From: an uncultured Veillonellaceae bacterium
Lineage (GTDB): Bacteria > Bacillota > Negativicutes > JARBTT01
Length of the DNA stretch: 64,000 nt
NCBI GenBank assembly: GCA_963805085.1
Contig: CAWDTA010000002.1
Coordinates: 576,001-640,000 of the forward strand
Reading direction: 5' to 3'
Each line of letters starts with the position of its first letter. Position 1 is the first letter of the stretch. Positions 54,877-63,962 of the stretch are shown here, piece by piece. The position numbers and the translations under genes are program-made. Under the pieces are notes generated by a model. It was not told the origin of the DNA. It did no database searches and saw only the letters and a program-made list of their open reading frames with translations.

Positions 54877-56109
54877 CTAGAAGGAAATCGTTACATCCCA
54901 TCCATATTTTTTAGCTCTTTCATCCGTAACTAGGTTTTTGTAATCACCATACCAAGTTTCTGTATAAAGCGTAGGATTAATATGATGAACAACGATAGCA
55001 CGATACCCTTTATAACCTTGCTTACCACCAAGTGTACCATATTCATTACCCCACCAACTCAAATGGTCACCATTTTCCGCTGGAAGATTTAGATTACCTT
55101 CTTGTTTCCAATACTGAAGAATGATCTCATCTTTTTTAATCGTTTTCCATAATTGAAGTTTGTACATTTTATTATTGTCATCCGCTTCAGTATTTTCAGC
55201 ATAACCACCTGAAATATTCAAGCCATCAGGGAGCGTATAGCCAACAGTTACCAGAGGAATTTTAGTTGATTTATTCTTGTCTATAATAGCATTTTTACCT
55301 GTCATATAATGAACCCCCAAATCAATGCTACCAAATTTTCCTCCAATCGTACCATAGGCAATCGTACTATCAATATTACCTTCGTAACGACCAAGCAAGC
55401 CAAAGAAAGTAAGTTTATCGGACAACTTCGTTGTAATATCGCCGCCCCTTACAGTATCATCCATCAACATACCATTCGCTAACCAATACACTTTTTTACC
55501 AATATTAATTGTAGTCTTTGGTGAGACTTTGTAAGTAAAGAAATTCTGCCGGGTTCTCCACGTAGTATCTTTTGTACCACTAGCAGTATCTAAATAATCT
55601 TTATTTTTTAGCTCGTAAAGAACACTCAGCTTATCATTGATTGGTTTTTGTGCACGTATACGAACTTGCACATTATATTCATGCAGCTCCTTATTTCCAT
55701 AGGAATGACCATATGTATTTTCAGTTTGAGCCCACCCATTTATTTTCCAGTCGCTAACACCGGCCGTTTTCTTTTCCAGATTATCCATGCGAACCCCAAG
55801 GCTTTGCAGTTCGTCTTTGTATTCAATTGCTAATTTATCAATAACAGCTTTTTGCTCCGCATTTGCTTTATTCGATCTATAGATCGCTTTTCCTACTAGT
55901 TGGGCCATTTCATAACGAGTAATGCTCTTATCGCCTTTAAAAGTACCATCACTATAACCGTCAATGAGACTTGCCTCTGCTAAATTTTTCACTGCAGCAT
56001 ATGACCAATCATTTGGAGAAACATCCGCAAAAGGATTAGGCGATGCAAATGCAGTCCCTACACTCAATACACAAGCTGCTACCACGCTGGCAATAATTTT
56101 TTTATTCAT
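54877..56109 (-). CDS. SLH-domain outer-membrane porin (OmpM-like paralogue)
   Basis: Signal peptide; FADV...W.Y...GY.DGTFKG...TRYEMAQ SLH motif; C-terminal Phe. Confidence 0.85.
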   Translation of the reverse strand: MNKKIIASVVAACVLSVGTAFASPNPFADVSPNDWSYAAVKNLAEASLIDGYSDGTFKGDKSITRYEMAQLVGKAIYRSNKANAEQKAVIDKLAIEYKDELQSLGVRMDNLEKKTAGVSDWKINGWAQTENTYGHSYGNKELHEYNVQVRIRAQKPINDKLSVLYELKNKDYLDTASGTKDTTWRTRQNFFTYKVSPKTTINIGKKVYWLANGMLMDDTVRGGDITTKLSDKLTFFGLLGRYEGNIDSTIAYGTIGGKFGSIDLGVHYMTGKNAIIDKNKSTKIPLVTVGYTLPDGLNISGGYAENTEADDNNKMYKLQLWKTIKKDEIILQYWKQEGNLNLPAENGDHLSWWGNEYGTLGGKQGYKGYRAIVVHHINPTLYTETWYGDYKNLVTDERAKKYGWDVTISF

Positions 56110-56504
56110 TCTCTTACTCTCCTCATTTGGATTTTCTGATCCTAAGCAGGTACATGGTTACTGGTCTTTTAGCTTAACCTCACTCATACTCTCACCACCT
56201 TTTTTGTCGGAATAAAGAGGCAGAATTTTACGAAAACTATTGGTATAATCTAGTAAAAGGATATGGCTTATTGTGATTGCCTCCACTTGCCTATTAGATG
56301 GGCTTCTTATGGACACTTCGTCCTTTGGTACGATTGCTAAGTACGAAACAATTTATCACCTTCTTAGCAAACTTTAGGTTTTATAGAAAATCAATCTACC
56401 GTTTATTCCTTAAGTAACTTTAAGTTTAGCCATGCAAATAAAAAATTTAGTGAAGTTTGCCATTGGCAAGACTCAAGACTGTGCCTATTACTTTAAGCTC
56501 ATTA

Positions 56505-56561
56505 GCCGTCACTTTAGAGTCACCATGTTTTTATTATATACTGCCGTCACCTAGCCGTCAA
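56505..56561 (-). promoter_or_regulatory. Promoter facing the porin-mur operon, overlapped by GCCGTCA repeats
   Basis: Minus strand TTGACG(56561)-N17-TATAAT(56538). GTCA cores at 56508/56519 and 56546/56557, each pair 11 bp apart. Confidence 0.7.
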
Positions 56562-56626
56562 TATGTCATGATGAATTATTTTGCGATATATTAAAATTGT
56601 CATAATGACTACATGGAGGGATTGAA

Positions 56627-56803
56627 ATGCCGTCAAAATTGCCCAAATTTACACTTCGTATTAATCAGGAAAGTCTTGAAAAACTTCGATATATTGCTGA
56701 TAACAATTTTCGAACCGTTAATAAAGAATTAGAAATGCTCATCAAGACACATATTTCCGCATATGAAAAAGAACACGGCGTAATAAATGTCGAAAATACA
56801 TAA
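56627..56803 (+). CDS. Arc-family ribbon-helix-helix DNA-binding protein (58 aa, below the ORF-track cutoff)
   Basis: GGAGG RBS; MPSKLPKFTLRINQESLEKLRYIADNNFRTVNKELEMLI... fits the Arc pattern (FTLR strand, then helices with RTVNxE); followed by a terminator. Confidence 0.85.
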   Translation: MPSKLPKFTLRINQESLEKLRYIADNNFRTVNKELEMLIKTHISAYEKEHGVINVENT

Positions 56804-56820
56804 TTCCAAAATTAATAGCA

Positions 56821-56860
56821 GAAAAGCCAATTCCCATCACGCAAAGGGAATTGGCTTTTT
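56821..56860 (+). terminator. Terminator after the arc-like gene
   Basis: AAAAGCCAATTCCC / GGGAATTGGCTTTT inverted repeat. Confidence 0.75.
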
Positions 56861-56929
56861 CACTATTATTAAATTTTCGTAGACAAAATAACTCCATAAA
56901 ATACTAAGATTCACGGCTTTGCAAGTCGT

Positions 56930-56962
56930 GGGTCGAGTGTTCGAATCGCCCCAGGCGCACCA
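56930..56962 (+). pseudogene. 3' fragment of a tRNA (tRNA-Arg-like), probable att-site remnant
   Basis: GGGTCGAGTGTTCGAATCGCCCCAGGCGCACCA has a T-loop, a 3' acceptor strand and CCA, but no matching 5' half upstream. Confidence 0.65.
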
Positions 56963-57348
56963 TATAAATCAATAGCGCATGGCAATGGTCACGAAATGGT
57001 CACAATAAATTATTATTGTGACCATTATTTTATGCAAAAAATTTTCCGAGGATTTCCTCAGAAACTCTTTATTATGAATTTTAGAAAAATCAATAATGCT
57101 CAAAAGTATACGTTTTGGTGCTACTGGCTATTTTTTATTATAAAGGCAGGAATTTATGTAAATCTATTGAATAAGTAGCTGTTAAGTTTAAAGAATCTAT
57201 TTTATATAAGTTCTTTTTCCTGTAATCTAACTTAGAAAGTGTTACAGACAAAATAGTGAAAAAACATCAAAAAAAAATATTGATAATTGTGATTTAATGT
57301 GAAAATAATGTTAATTGATTTTGATGCTTTTCGTATAGGGAGGAAAAT

Positions 57349-58173
57349 ATGATAGTAGAGCATCCTAATATAAAAAGTCCTTCGAGTAATATTCCATTAT
57401 GGCGTTACATGGATTTTTCTAAATTCGTCGCATTGTTAGAAAAAAAATCTTTATACTTTTGCAGAGGAGACATTTTAAAAAATATAGACCCTTACGAAGG
57501 CTCATATACGAAAAGCGAACTTGAATTTTTGGATACGCAGGCAATGCTGATTACCAAAGGTGATCCAAAAGAGCGATATGAAATGATGAGATATATCAAT
57601 CATGCTAGTCAAGAATATAGTTCAGGGACAACATTTATAAATTGCTGGCATGCGAATAGTCGTGAAAGTGTAGCTATGTGGCGAGTTTTTATATCTTCTA
57701 ATACTGGGATAGCTATAAAAACTGATTTTGATTCTCTAAAACAAAGCCTTATTTCAGCTAAACCAGAAATATTTGCATCGGTTATTCAATACATTGACCA
57801 TTATCACGACAATATTTCATATGAGGCTAATGTCTTACTTCCCATGACGCGTAAAAACTTAGCTTATGAATATGAACAAGAAGTTAGGTTGATGTTCATG
57901 TATTCTGACTCACCGCCAGAATATGAAGATACCATAATTAATGGTCAACACTCAGTGCATGCCTTACCATCTAAACTTCCTGGAATTGATATACCGATAA
58001 ACCTTGACGAACTCATTAAAGAAATTTATATTGACCCTAAAGCTGATCAATGGTTTGTTGAACTGGTGAAAGAGGTTTTTGAAACCTATAAGAAAAAGCA
58101 TGCCCTTAAAATAAAACCTTTTATTAGAAAATCAGAGTTATCCTATAATGGATTGCAATATGTTAAGCCTTAA
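57349..58173 (+). CDS. DUF2971-like protein
   Basis: LWRYM...LYF, FINCW...ES.AMW..., GIAI and K...YEYEQEVR pattern; GGAGG RBS. Confidence 0.65.
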   Translation: MIVEHPNIKSPSSNIPLWRYMDFSKFVALLEKKSLYFCRGDILKNIDPYEGSYTKSELEFLDTQAMLITKGDPKERYEMMRYINHASQEYSSGTTFINCWHANSRESVAMWRVFISSNTGIAIKTDFDSLKQSLISAKPEIFASVIQYIDHYHDNISYEANVLLPMTRKNLAYEYEQEVRLMFMYSDSPPEYEDTIINGQHSVHALPSKLPGIDIPINLDELIKEIYIDPKADQWFVELVKEVFETYKKKHALKIKPFIRKSELSYNGLQYVKP

Positions 58174-58330
58174 GCATTATAAATATAGATAGATTAGTCG
58201 GTTTTATAAATATTATAATACTTCCCGATTATAATATTTTCAGACAATTTCAGCATAGGTTACTTGAAAAAGAAAATAAGACGAGTTGCTATGAAAAGTA
58301 TAATTACTTATCGTAGCATTCGTAAGTACT

Positions 58331-59676
58331 GGTAGTGCTGAAATAATTGTGTAAACCTCCAATGTTAGGTAAAATAAAACTAATATTGGAGGTATTTTAT
58401 TATGGCAAATAAAGAAAACAACAAGCTCAAAGAGCTTATCAAAGAGTATGGTATTAAAGACATGAATGATGTCCATGATTTTGTCAAAATGCTTACAGCT
58501 GAAACCATCCAGACAGCTCTTGATGCTGAACTGGATGAAGAACTTGGATACTCCAAATATGACTACAAAAATAAGAAGACAAAGAATAGTCGCAATGGCT
58601 ATTCTTCTAAAACCGTTCAAAGTTCCAACGGAGAGCTGGAACTTAAAATTCCCCGTGATCGCGACGGCGATTTTGAACCACAATTAGTAAAAAAACATCA
58701 AACAGATATTTCGACCATAGAAGATAAAGTGATTTTTCTTTACTCACAAGGTGTATCCACTCGCGATATCCAAAAAACAATGCAAGAAATGTATGGCATT
58801 GATGTAGACGACAGCCGTGTTTCAAGAATTACAGATAAACTGCTGCCGCTCATTAATGAATGGCAAGAACGCCCGTTACAAACGATCTATGCGATGGTTA
58901 TTTTAGATGCCATTCATTACAATGTCCGTGAAAATGGCATTGTTACAAAAAAAGCTGCATATGTTGCCATTGGTACGGATTTAGAGGGGCAGAAAGATGT
59001 TTTAGGCATTTGGTTAGGTGCGAGTGAATCCTCTAAATATTGGCTTTCTATACTGAATGGATTGAAAAATCGTGGCGTTCAAGATATTCTTATTGTATCG
59101 GTAGACGGTTTATCTGGATTTGTAGAAGCCATCAATGTTGCTTTTCCTCAAACAGAAGTGCAACGCTGTGTAATTCATCAAATTCGTGCTTCGACACGTT
59201 ACGTATCTTATAAAGACGTTAAGCAATTTACTGCTGATCTAAAACCGATTTATAAAGCCCCAACAGAAGAGGCCGCCTTATTTGCTTTAGATGAATTTGA
59301 GGCTAAATGGAATTCGAAATATCCGTTAGGCGTAAAATCTTGGAGGGCTAATTGGAATGAACTCTCTACCATGTTCAAATATTCGCCAGAAATACGCAAA
59401 TTAATTTATACAACCAATGCGATTGAAAATTTCAACCGTCAATTACGAAAAGTAACCAAGACAAAAAGTGCTTTTGTTTCGGATAATGCTTTAATGAAAT
59501 TGCTATATTTAACAACGATGAACATCGTCGATAAATGGACAATGCCAATTCGAAATTGGGGCATGATACTCGATAACCTCATGATTTATTTTGGCGATCG
59601 AATTAAAATTTCTTTATAAAACTCAACTTAATTTTATCCTGATATTTGGACTTTACACAAAAATTTACGCACTCTC
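58331..59676 (+). mobile_element. IS256-family insertion sequence
   Basis: Imperfect terminal IRs GGTAGTGCTGAAATAATTGTGTAAA vs GAGAGTGCGTAAATTTTTGTGTAAA (19/25); no matching target duplication. Confidence 0.88.
58402..59619 (+). CDS. IS256-family (mutator-type) transposase
   Basis: RNGY, PRDRDGDF, LDAIH, VDGL, QRCVIH and IYTTNAIE motifs. Confidence 0.96.
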   Translation: MANKENNKLKELIKEYGIKDMNDVHDFVKMLTAETIQTALDAELDEELGYSKYDYKNKKTKNSRNGYSSKTVQSSNGELELKIPRDRDGDFEPQLVKKHQTDISTIEDKVIFLYSQGVSTRDIQKTMQEMYGIDVDDSRVSRITDKLLPLINEWQERPLQTIYAMVILDAIHYNVRENGIVTKKAAYVAIGTDLEGQKDVLGIWLGASESSKYWLSILNGLKNRGVQDILIVSVDGLSGFVEAINVAFPQTEVQRCVIHQIRASTRYVSYKDVKQFTADLKPIYKAPTEEAALFALDEFEAKWNSKYPLGVKSWRANWNELSTMFKYSPEIRKLIYTTNAIENFNRQLRKVTKTKSAFVSDNALMKLLYLTTMNIVDKWTMPIRNWGMILDNLMIYFGDRIKISL

Positions 59677-59698
59677 TATTTTTGGAATGCAAAGCAAC

Positions 59699-59743
59699 AA
59701 AATAAGCGGAAAAAATCTAACACGATTTTTTCCGCTTATTTTT
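59699..59743. terminator. Hairpin terminator
   Basis: AAAATAAGCGGAAAAAATC / GATTTTTTCCGCTTATTTT inverted repeat. Confidence 0.7.
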
Positions 59744-59952
59744 CTACGCTACTAACCTACGAGCAACTCATCGCAAAAACGAATAAACACATTAGTTAAC
59801 GCATATCATTCCAAACAACAAACTCTTTAAATGTGCTGGACAGGGGTTTACAATATTCGCTTTTATTTTACGCCATTTCACATAATTTTTTCACGATAAG
59901 GTTTTTTTAGTAATAATAAACTTCTTTAAAATCAAAAATACCTTTTACATTT

Positions 59953-61029
59953 CTATTCATCATGTATAGGCGCAGGTTTATATGTAAGCTCTGATATCCT
60001 ATAAGATTCTATATTCATGCATTTTAAACTTTCTTCATCAAAAAACGCAATGTTTCTTCCATCTCTATGCATTGCACTCTTATATTCAATTCCATCAAAA
60101 CCAATACTTTTTATATAATCACTTATATATTGAGTAGGTAAATAATCTAATGAACTATCCTGCCGCCTTAATGGTTTTGATATTTCATCTCCGATTTTTT
60201 TAAGATTTGGCAAATTTATTGCTAGTAAACTGCTATCAATGTCACTAAAAGGGCTAATTTTATCTATTGTAGCTAAGTTCACAACTTTAACATCTTTTTT
60301 TAATTTATATTTTGCTATGGTAATATCATCATATACTCCAGCTCGAATTTCATGGTATGTGGTTTGTTTTGAATCCGCTAAATATAGACAACTGATTCCT
60401 TCGGAGTTAACCCTGCCAGCAGTTGCCTTATCAACAGGTGGAGCACCCATTTCTTTTTTTTCAAATCCATGTATATGCCTATCATCCCAAATTCTCGCTC
60501 GATAAAACTCATGCCCTTTTTTATATGTTTTTTTCATTCCTTCTATGATAGTTTTTAATATATTTTTATTGATAATATTCGTGTGAAACCTGTTTTTATT
60601 CTTTATTTCTCCTACAAAATCTTCCCACTGATAATTTCCTAGTATAGAATATACTTTCATGTATTCTTTATTAACACTATCAGCAATCCAAACAGGAGCA
60701 TCAAACAACTCAGGTTGTTCTTTATATTTCTCGGGAAAAAGCTTTATTAAAAAATCATATATTTGCATCGCATCCAAATTAAATATATTCCAATGCAAAC
60801 TTAATACATTTTTCATCAATTCTGCTTCTCTTGGATACGGTTTTTCGATTCCTGCAACAGGAGTATATACATCTAATAATGATTCAAAACTATCTTTTAA
60901 ATTTTTATTTTCTTCTATCTTGCAAATATAAACATTATCATTATTGCAAAAATCACATTTTCCTTTTTCTTTCCCTTTAATAATATCTATAATTTCTTTA
61001 TCCTTAAAACATTTTACACAACAATTCAT
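59953..61029 (-). CDS. RES-domain protein (NAD+-active family) with N-terminal Cys-rich domain
   Basis: N-terminal CCVKC...CDFC; FYRAR, MGAPP...GRVN.EGISCLY.A...HEIR, DYLPTQYISDYIK..GFDGIEYKS. Confidence 0.85.
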   Translation of the reverse strand: MNCCVKCFKDKEIIDIIKGKEKGKCDFCNNDNVYICKIEENKNLKDSFESLLDVYTPVAGIEKPYPREAELMKNVLSLHWNIFNLDAMQIYDFLIKLFPEKYKEQPELFDAPVWIADSVNKEYMKVYSILGNYQWEDFVGEIKNKNRFHTNIINKNILKTIIEGMKKTYKKGHEFYRARIWDDRHIHGFEKKEMGAPPVDKATAGRVNSEGISCLYLADSKQTTYHEIRAGVYDDITIAKYKLKKDVKVVNLATIDKISPFSDIDSSLLAINLPNLKKIGDEISKPLRRQDSSLDYLPTQYISDYIKSIGFDGIEYKSAMHRDGRNIAFFDEESLKCMNIESYRISELTYKPAPIHDE

Positions 61030-61030
61030 C

Positions 61031-61969
61031 TTACTTCACCTTATCAAGATAATTACCAACAAGTTCTAAATGATGCATTAGTGAAAATTTCTTTACACTA
61101 CCAAGTCCAGGATAAGTTTGATCTTTATAATGATTCAAAAAATACTTTAACCCTAACGTATGAGGAATATTTTTTTTCTCAACCCAAGCAACCAACTGCT
61201 CAACAGCTTCATAAAATTTTTTCGCTGGATTTTGAATATCACTATTAGATTTGGAGACAAAATGATGAATCCGTAGTGTTTTATCTTTATCGAAATAAAT
61301 TATATGTATTGCAACCGCATATGGAGCAAACCCTGCTTCCAAATAAGCTTTTCCAACTATTGAGTAATCTGCAAAGCCTAAAAAACCTTCACTATCATAA
61401 AACAAATGATCTTCTGAAAAAAACTCATCTTCATTGTTTCTGTAATCTGAATTTCTATCACATTTTTCAAATCTATCTTCGAAAAGAATTTTATTTCCAC
61501 TACGAACTTTGCGTCTAAATTCATCAGGAATGAGTACATACTGAGGACTGTCTATAGAAAAAACAGTTTGGTATTTACCTAAGCAATCTCGATTATTATT
61601 AATCACAAGCCACTCTTCTTTTTCAATTCCAATCTCTTTTTCCCATGACAAAAGCTCTTTATCTGAATTTAGGTTCATTATGTGCGATTTTATTACACAT
61701 GGGCTACTTAACAAATCAATAAATTTCTTTCTATTCTCGTCCTCTTCCTCAAGTTTCATATCACTAGAAAATGATCCTACCGCAGGATTACAAACAATAC
61801 AAAAACGCTTATTTTTTCGAATGAACTCAGAAATTGTCTTAAATAACGTAGATGATAATTTTACCGGCTCAATAATTGGCAAAACATATCGGCTTAGTAA
61901 CTCTTTTTCAACTAATTCTCGCAATGCTAGTAATTCATACTGACGCCCTCTTACATAAGGAAAATACAT
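61031..61969 (-). CDS. sce7725-family-like protein
   Basis: MYFPYVRGRQYELLAL start after GGAGG; PIIEPV, NSDY..DEFFS.DH, GFADYSIVG...G..PYAVAIH, HFVS and PGLG..KK.S..HH motifs. Confidence 0.75.
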   Translation of the reverse strand: MYFPYVRGRQYELLALRELVEKELLSRYVLPIIEPVKLSSTLFKTISEFIRKNKRFCIVCNPAVGSFSSDMKLEEEDENRKKFIDLLSSPCVIKSHIMNLNSDKELLSWEKEIGIEKEEWLVINNNRDCLGKYQTVFSIDSPQYVLIPDEFRRKVRSGNKILFEDRFEKCDRNSDYRNNEDEFFSEDHLFYDSEGFLGFADYSIVGKAYLEAGFAPYAVAIHIIYFDKDKTLRIHHFVSKSNSDIQNPAKKFYEAVEQLVAWVEKKNIPHTLGLKYFLNHYKDQTYPGLGSVKKFSLMHHLELVGNYLDKVK

Positions 61970-61973
61970 TATT

Positions 61974-62822
61974 TTACCTCCCATAACGCTCATTTAGAAA
62001 ATCTGACAATTTATTGTAATCTTTTTCAGTAGGATTATAAAAATACATCAATGATTTTAATTCATAAGGCACTTTCAAAAACCAATCTTTAACAATATTA
62101 TTTCGCTTTTTTAACATTTTTAAAAACATTGAATAAACTTGCTCTAAGGGAATTTGTGAAAACCATTTAAAACATTCATCATAAAAAAATACAGGTGTAG
62201 ATTCTGGCAATTTATTATAATAACTCAAGATAATATTTTCAAATTCTTTTTTACGCAAAACCTTGAAAATCGCTTCATGTGTCAAATGTGTATTATCCTC
62301 TTGTGCTTCTTTTTTAATCTGTAAAGTATTCTTTTTTGTTAAAATGTAGATTCCCACATTTTTTCCTTCCAATAGAAAGCTAATTTTAGAATAATTATCT
62401 TCACTTGTAACAACGCAAACATAATTAAAAGACTTATAATAATCTGCGATCTGTGTTTCTAACCGTTCAAAACTATCTAATTCTGTTTTTATTTCATACA
62501 CTACTGCTTTTCCATTTATCATCACAAAATCTGCTTTTGATTTTCCAATAGGCACCTGTGTCAGCGCTGTAGTGGTATTGACGCTATGACGTCCCAACAG
62601 CAATTTATTCAACAATGTATTTTGATAAAAATATTCATTTCTATAATTTTTCGACATATATTTGTATATTTTGCTAATTATCTCACCATTTTTGCTACTA
62701 GATTCATCTTGTAAATATCTCTGAACTATTGTCCCATATATATGGTTATTATGCTTCATTATCAAATCCCGAAAAATATATTGCGTAAATAACCTATTCA
62801 AAACTAAATTATTATTTTCCAT
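61974..62822 (-). CDS. sce7726-family-like protein with a PD-(D/E)xK nuclease-like motif
   Basis: YRNEYFYQN; SKADFVMING...YEIKTELDS..RL..QI.DY...F; GGAGG RBS. Confidence 0.75.
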   Translation of the reverse strand: MENNNLVLNRLFTQYIFRDLIMKHNNHIYGTIVQRYLQDESSSKNGEIISKIYKYMSKNYRNEYFYQNTLLNKLLLGRHSVNTTTALTQVPIGKSKADFVMINGKAVVYEIKTELDSFERLETQIADYYKSFNYVCVVTSEDNYSKISFLLEGKNVGIYILTKKNTLQIKKEAQEDNTHLTHEAIFKVLRKKEFENIILSYYNKLPESTPVFFYDECFKWFSQIPLEQVYSMFLKMLKKRNNIVKDWFLKVPYELKSLMYFYNPTEKDYNKLSDFLNERYGR

Positions 62823-63018
62823 AACCCTCCCCCCAATTTCTTAAAACTAAAACCTTACTATTATCATACAACAACAATACAAAGAAATATACCTTACTCC
62901 ATAATTAATAATCACCAAATTTATAAACAAATCTACAAGTCAGCAGTATATTAGGATCTTTAGCCCCTTGGGGTCAGGCTTAAGTTATATGTAAAATCGA
63001 CTTATTCTTCTTTAATCT

Positions 63019-63579
63019 TTAATTTTTAGTTAACTCTTGACAAATTCTTGTAATATTGGCTGGATCAATCTGTAGTACTTTGGCTAACTGCGTCCTTGTC
63101 ATTAAATCTCTCTCAAGCACTTCATAAATCAATCGCTTTCTAGCTGCTACTACCTTCCGTATCCGGCACTTCCCTACCAATTTCTCTTGACTTATTTCTT
63201 CCTCTACAGTAATCTTCTCTACGAGCTGTTCCCATGTTAACTTCGTTCGGCTTTGTTCCATTTTTGCTTGTAATAGAGTTTTTTGAGTCTCTTTCCCTTG
63301 TTCGTTTTCAACGCTATATTCCAGCTTATCAACGGCAGCCCCTACTAAAATCAGATACTGTGCCCTTGCCTGCTCAGTATTCGTACTCAATGTATTTAAT
63401 ATAAATTCTACATTTACTAATCCCGGTGCTCTTCTAACATATGACAGATGGCTGCTCCACCTATAGTCCACCCCTTCCAGCATGCTTGCCCGTACTGGAT
63501 TTTGATGAATATAACATATAAGAGCCATTAGATAACTCTCTTTCTCACAGATAAAGGCCTTGTAGCGTTGTTCAAATAC
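63019..63579 (-). pseudogene. 5'-truncated REP-associated tyrosine transposase (RAYT / Y1 family)
   Basis: Frame extends upstream as VFEQRYKAFICEKESYLMALICYIHQNPVRA...YRWSS, with a C-terminal HTH. The N-terminal HUH half is missing and replaced by a palindrome. Confidence 0.8.
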
Positions 63580-63582
63580 AAA

Positions 63583-63641
63583 AAACGCGGGGACAGGGGC
63601 TATGTTTCCTTATTTAAAACAACATCCCTGTCCCCGCGTTT
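63583..63641. repeat. REP-like palindrome
   Basis: AAACGCGGGGACAGGG (63583-63598) / CCCTGTCCCCGCGTTT (63626-63641), perfect 16-bp arms. Confidence 0.7.
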
Positions 63642-63893
63642 CTAAACCCAAATAATTATTCTTATTCATTCATCACCTACTATAATACAATATTATCCAT
63701 TATACTACACAACATGAAATAACTACAAAATTAACAAAACGTTAATTGAAAAAACAGGACTAAATTAATAGCCCTGTTTTATATGCTTACTATATATCTA
63801 ATTATCGTATTGACAAATCATGATATACTAAAGGTAAGATGTACTGAAACGGAAGCGGTTTGCTTAATCTGCCCCAAAAGGCAGGTGTTGCCA

Positions 63894-63962
63894 ATGGAGA
63901 ATATAATCATAATACTCATTATGATTTTTTTAATTCTCGTTGAAATGCAAAACAACCGCTAA
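63894..63962 (+). CDS. Putative type I toxin-antitoxin toxin peptide (22 aa, MENIIIILIMIFLILVEMQNNR)
   Basis: Extended -10 TGATATACT (63821). SD GGCAGGTG sits in the hairpin CTGCC/GGCAG. Single hydrophobic helix; strong hairpin 63949-63991. Confidence 0.6.
   Translation: MENIIIILIMIFLILVEMQNNR

Noticed and set aside
56110-56500. Short ORFs and SD-like sites in the long porin leader
   Set aside because: The RBS-led frames are only a few codons long, and I recognise no riboswitch consensus.
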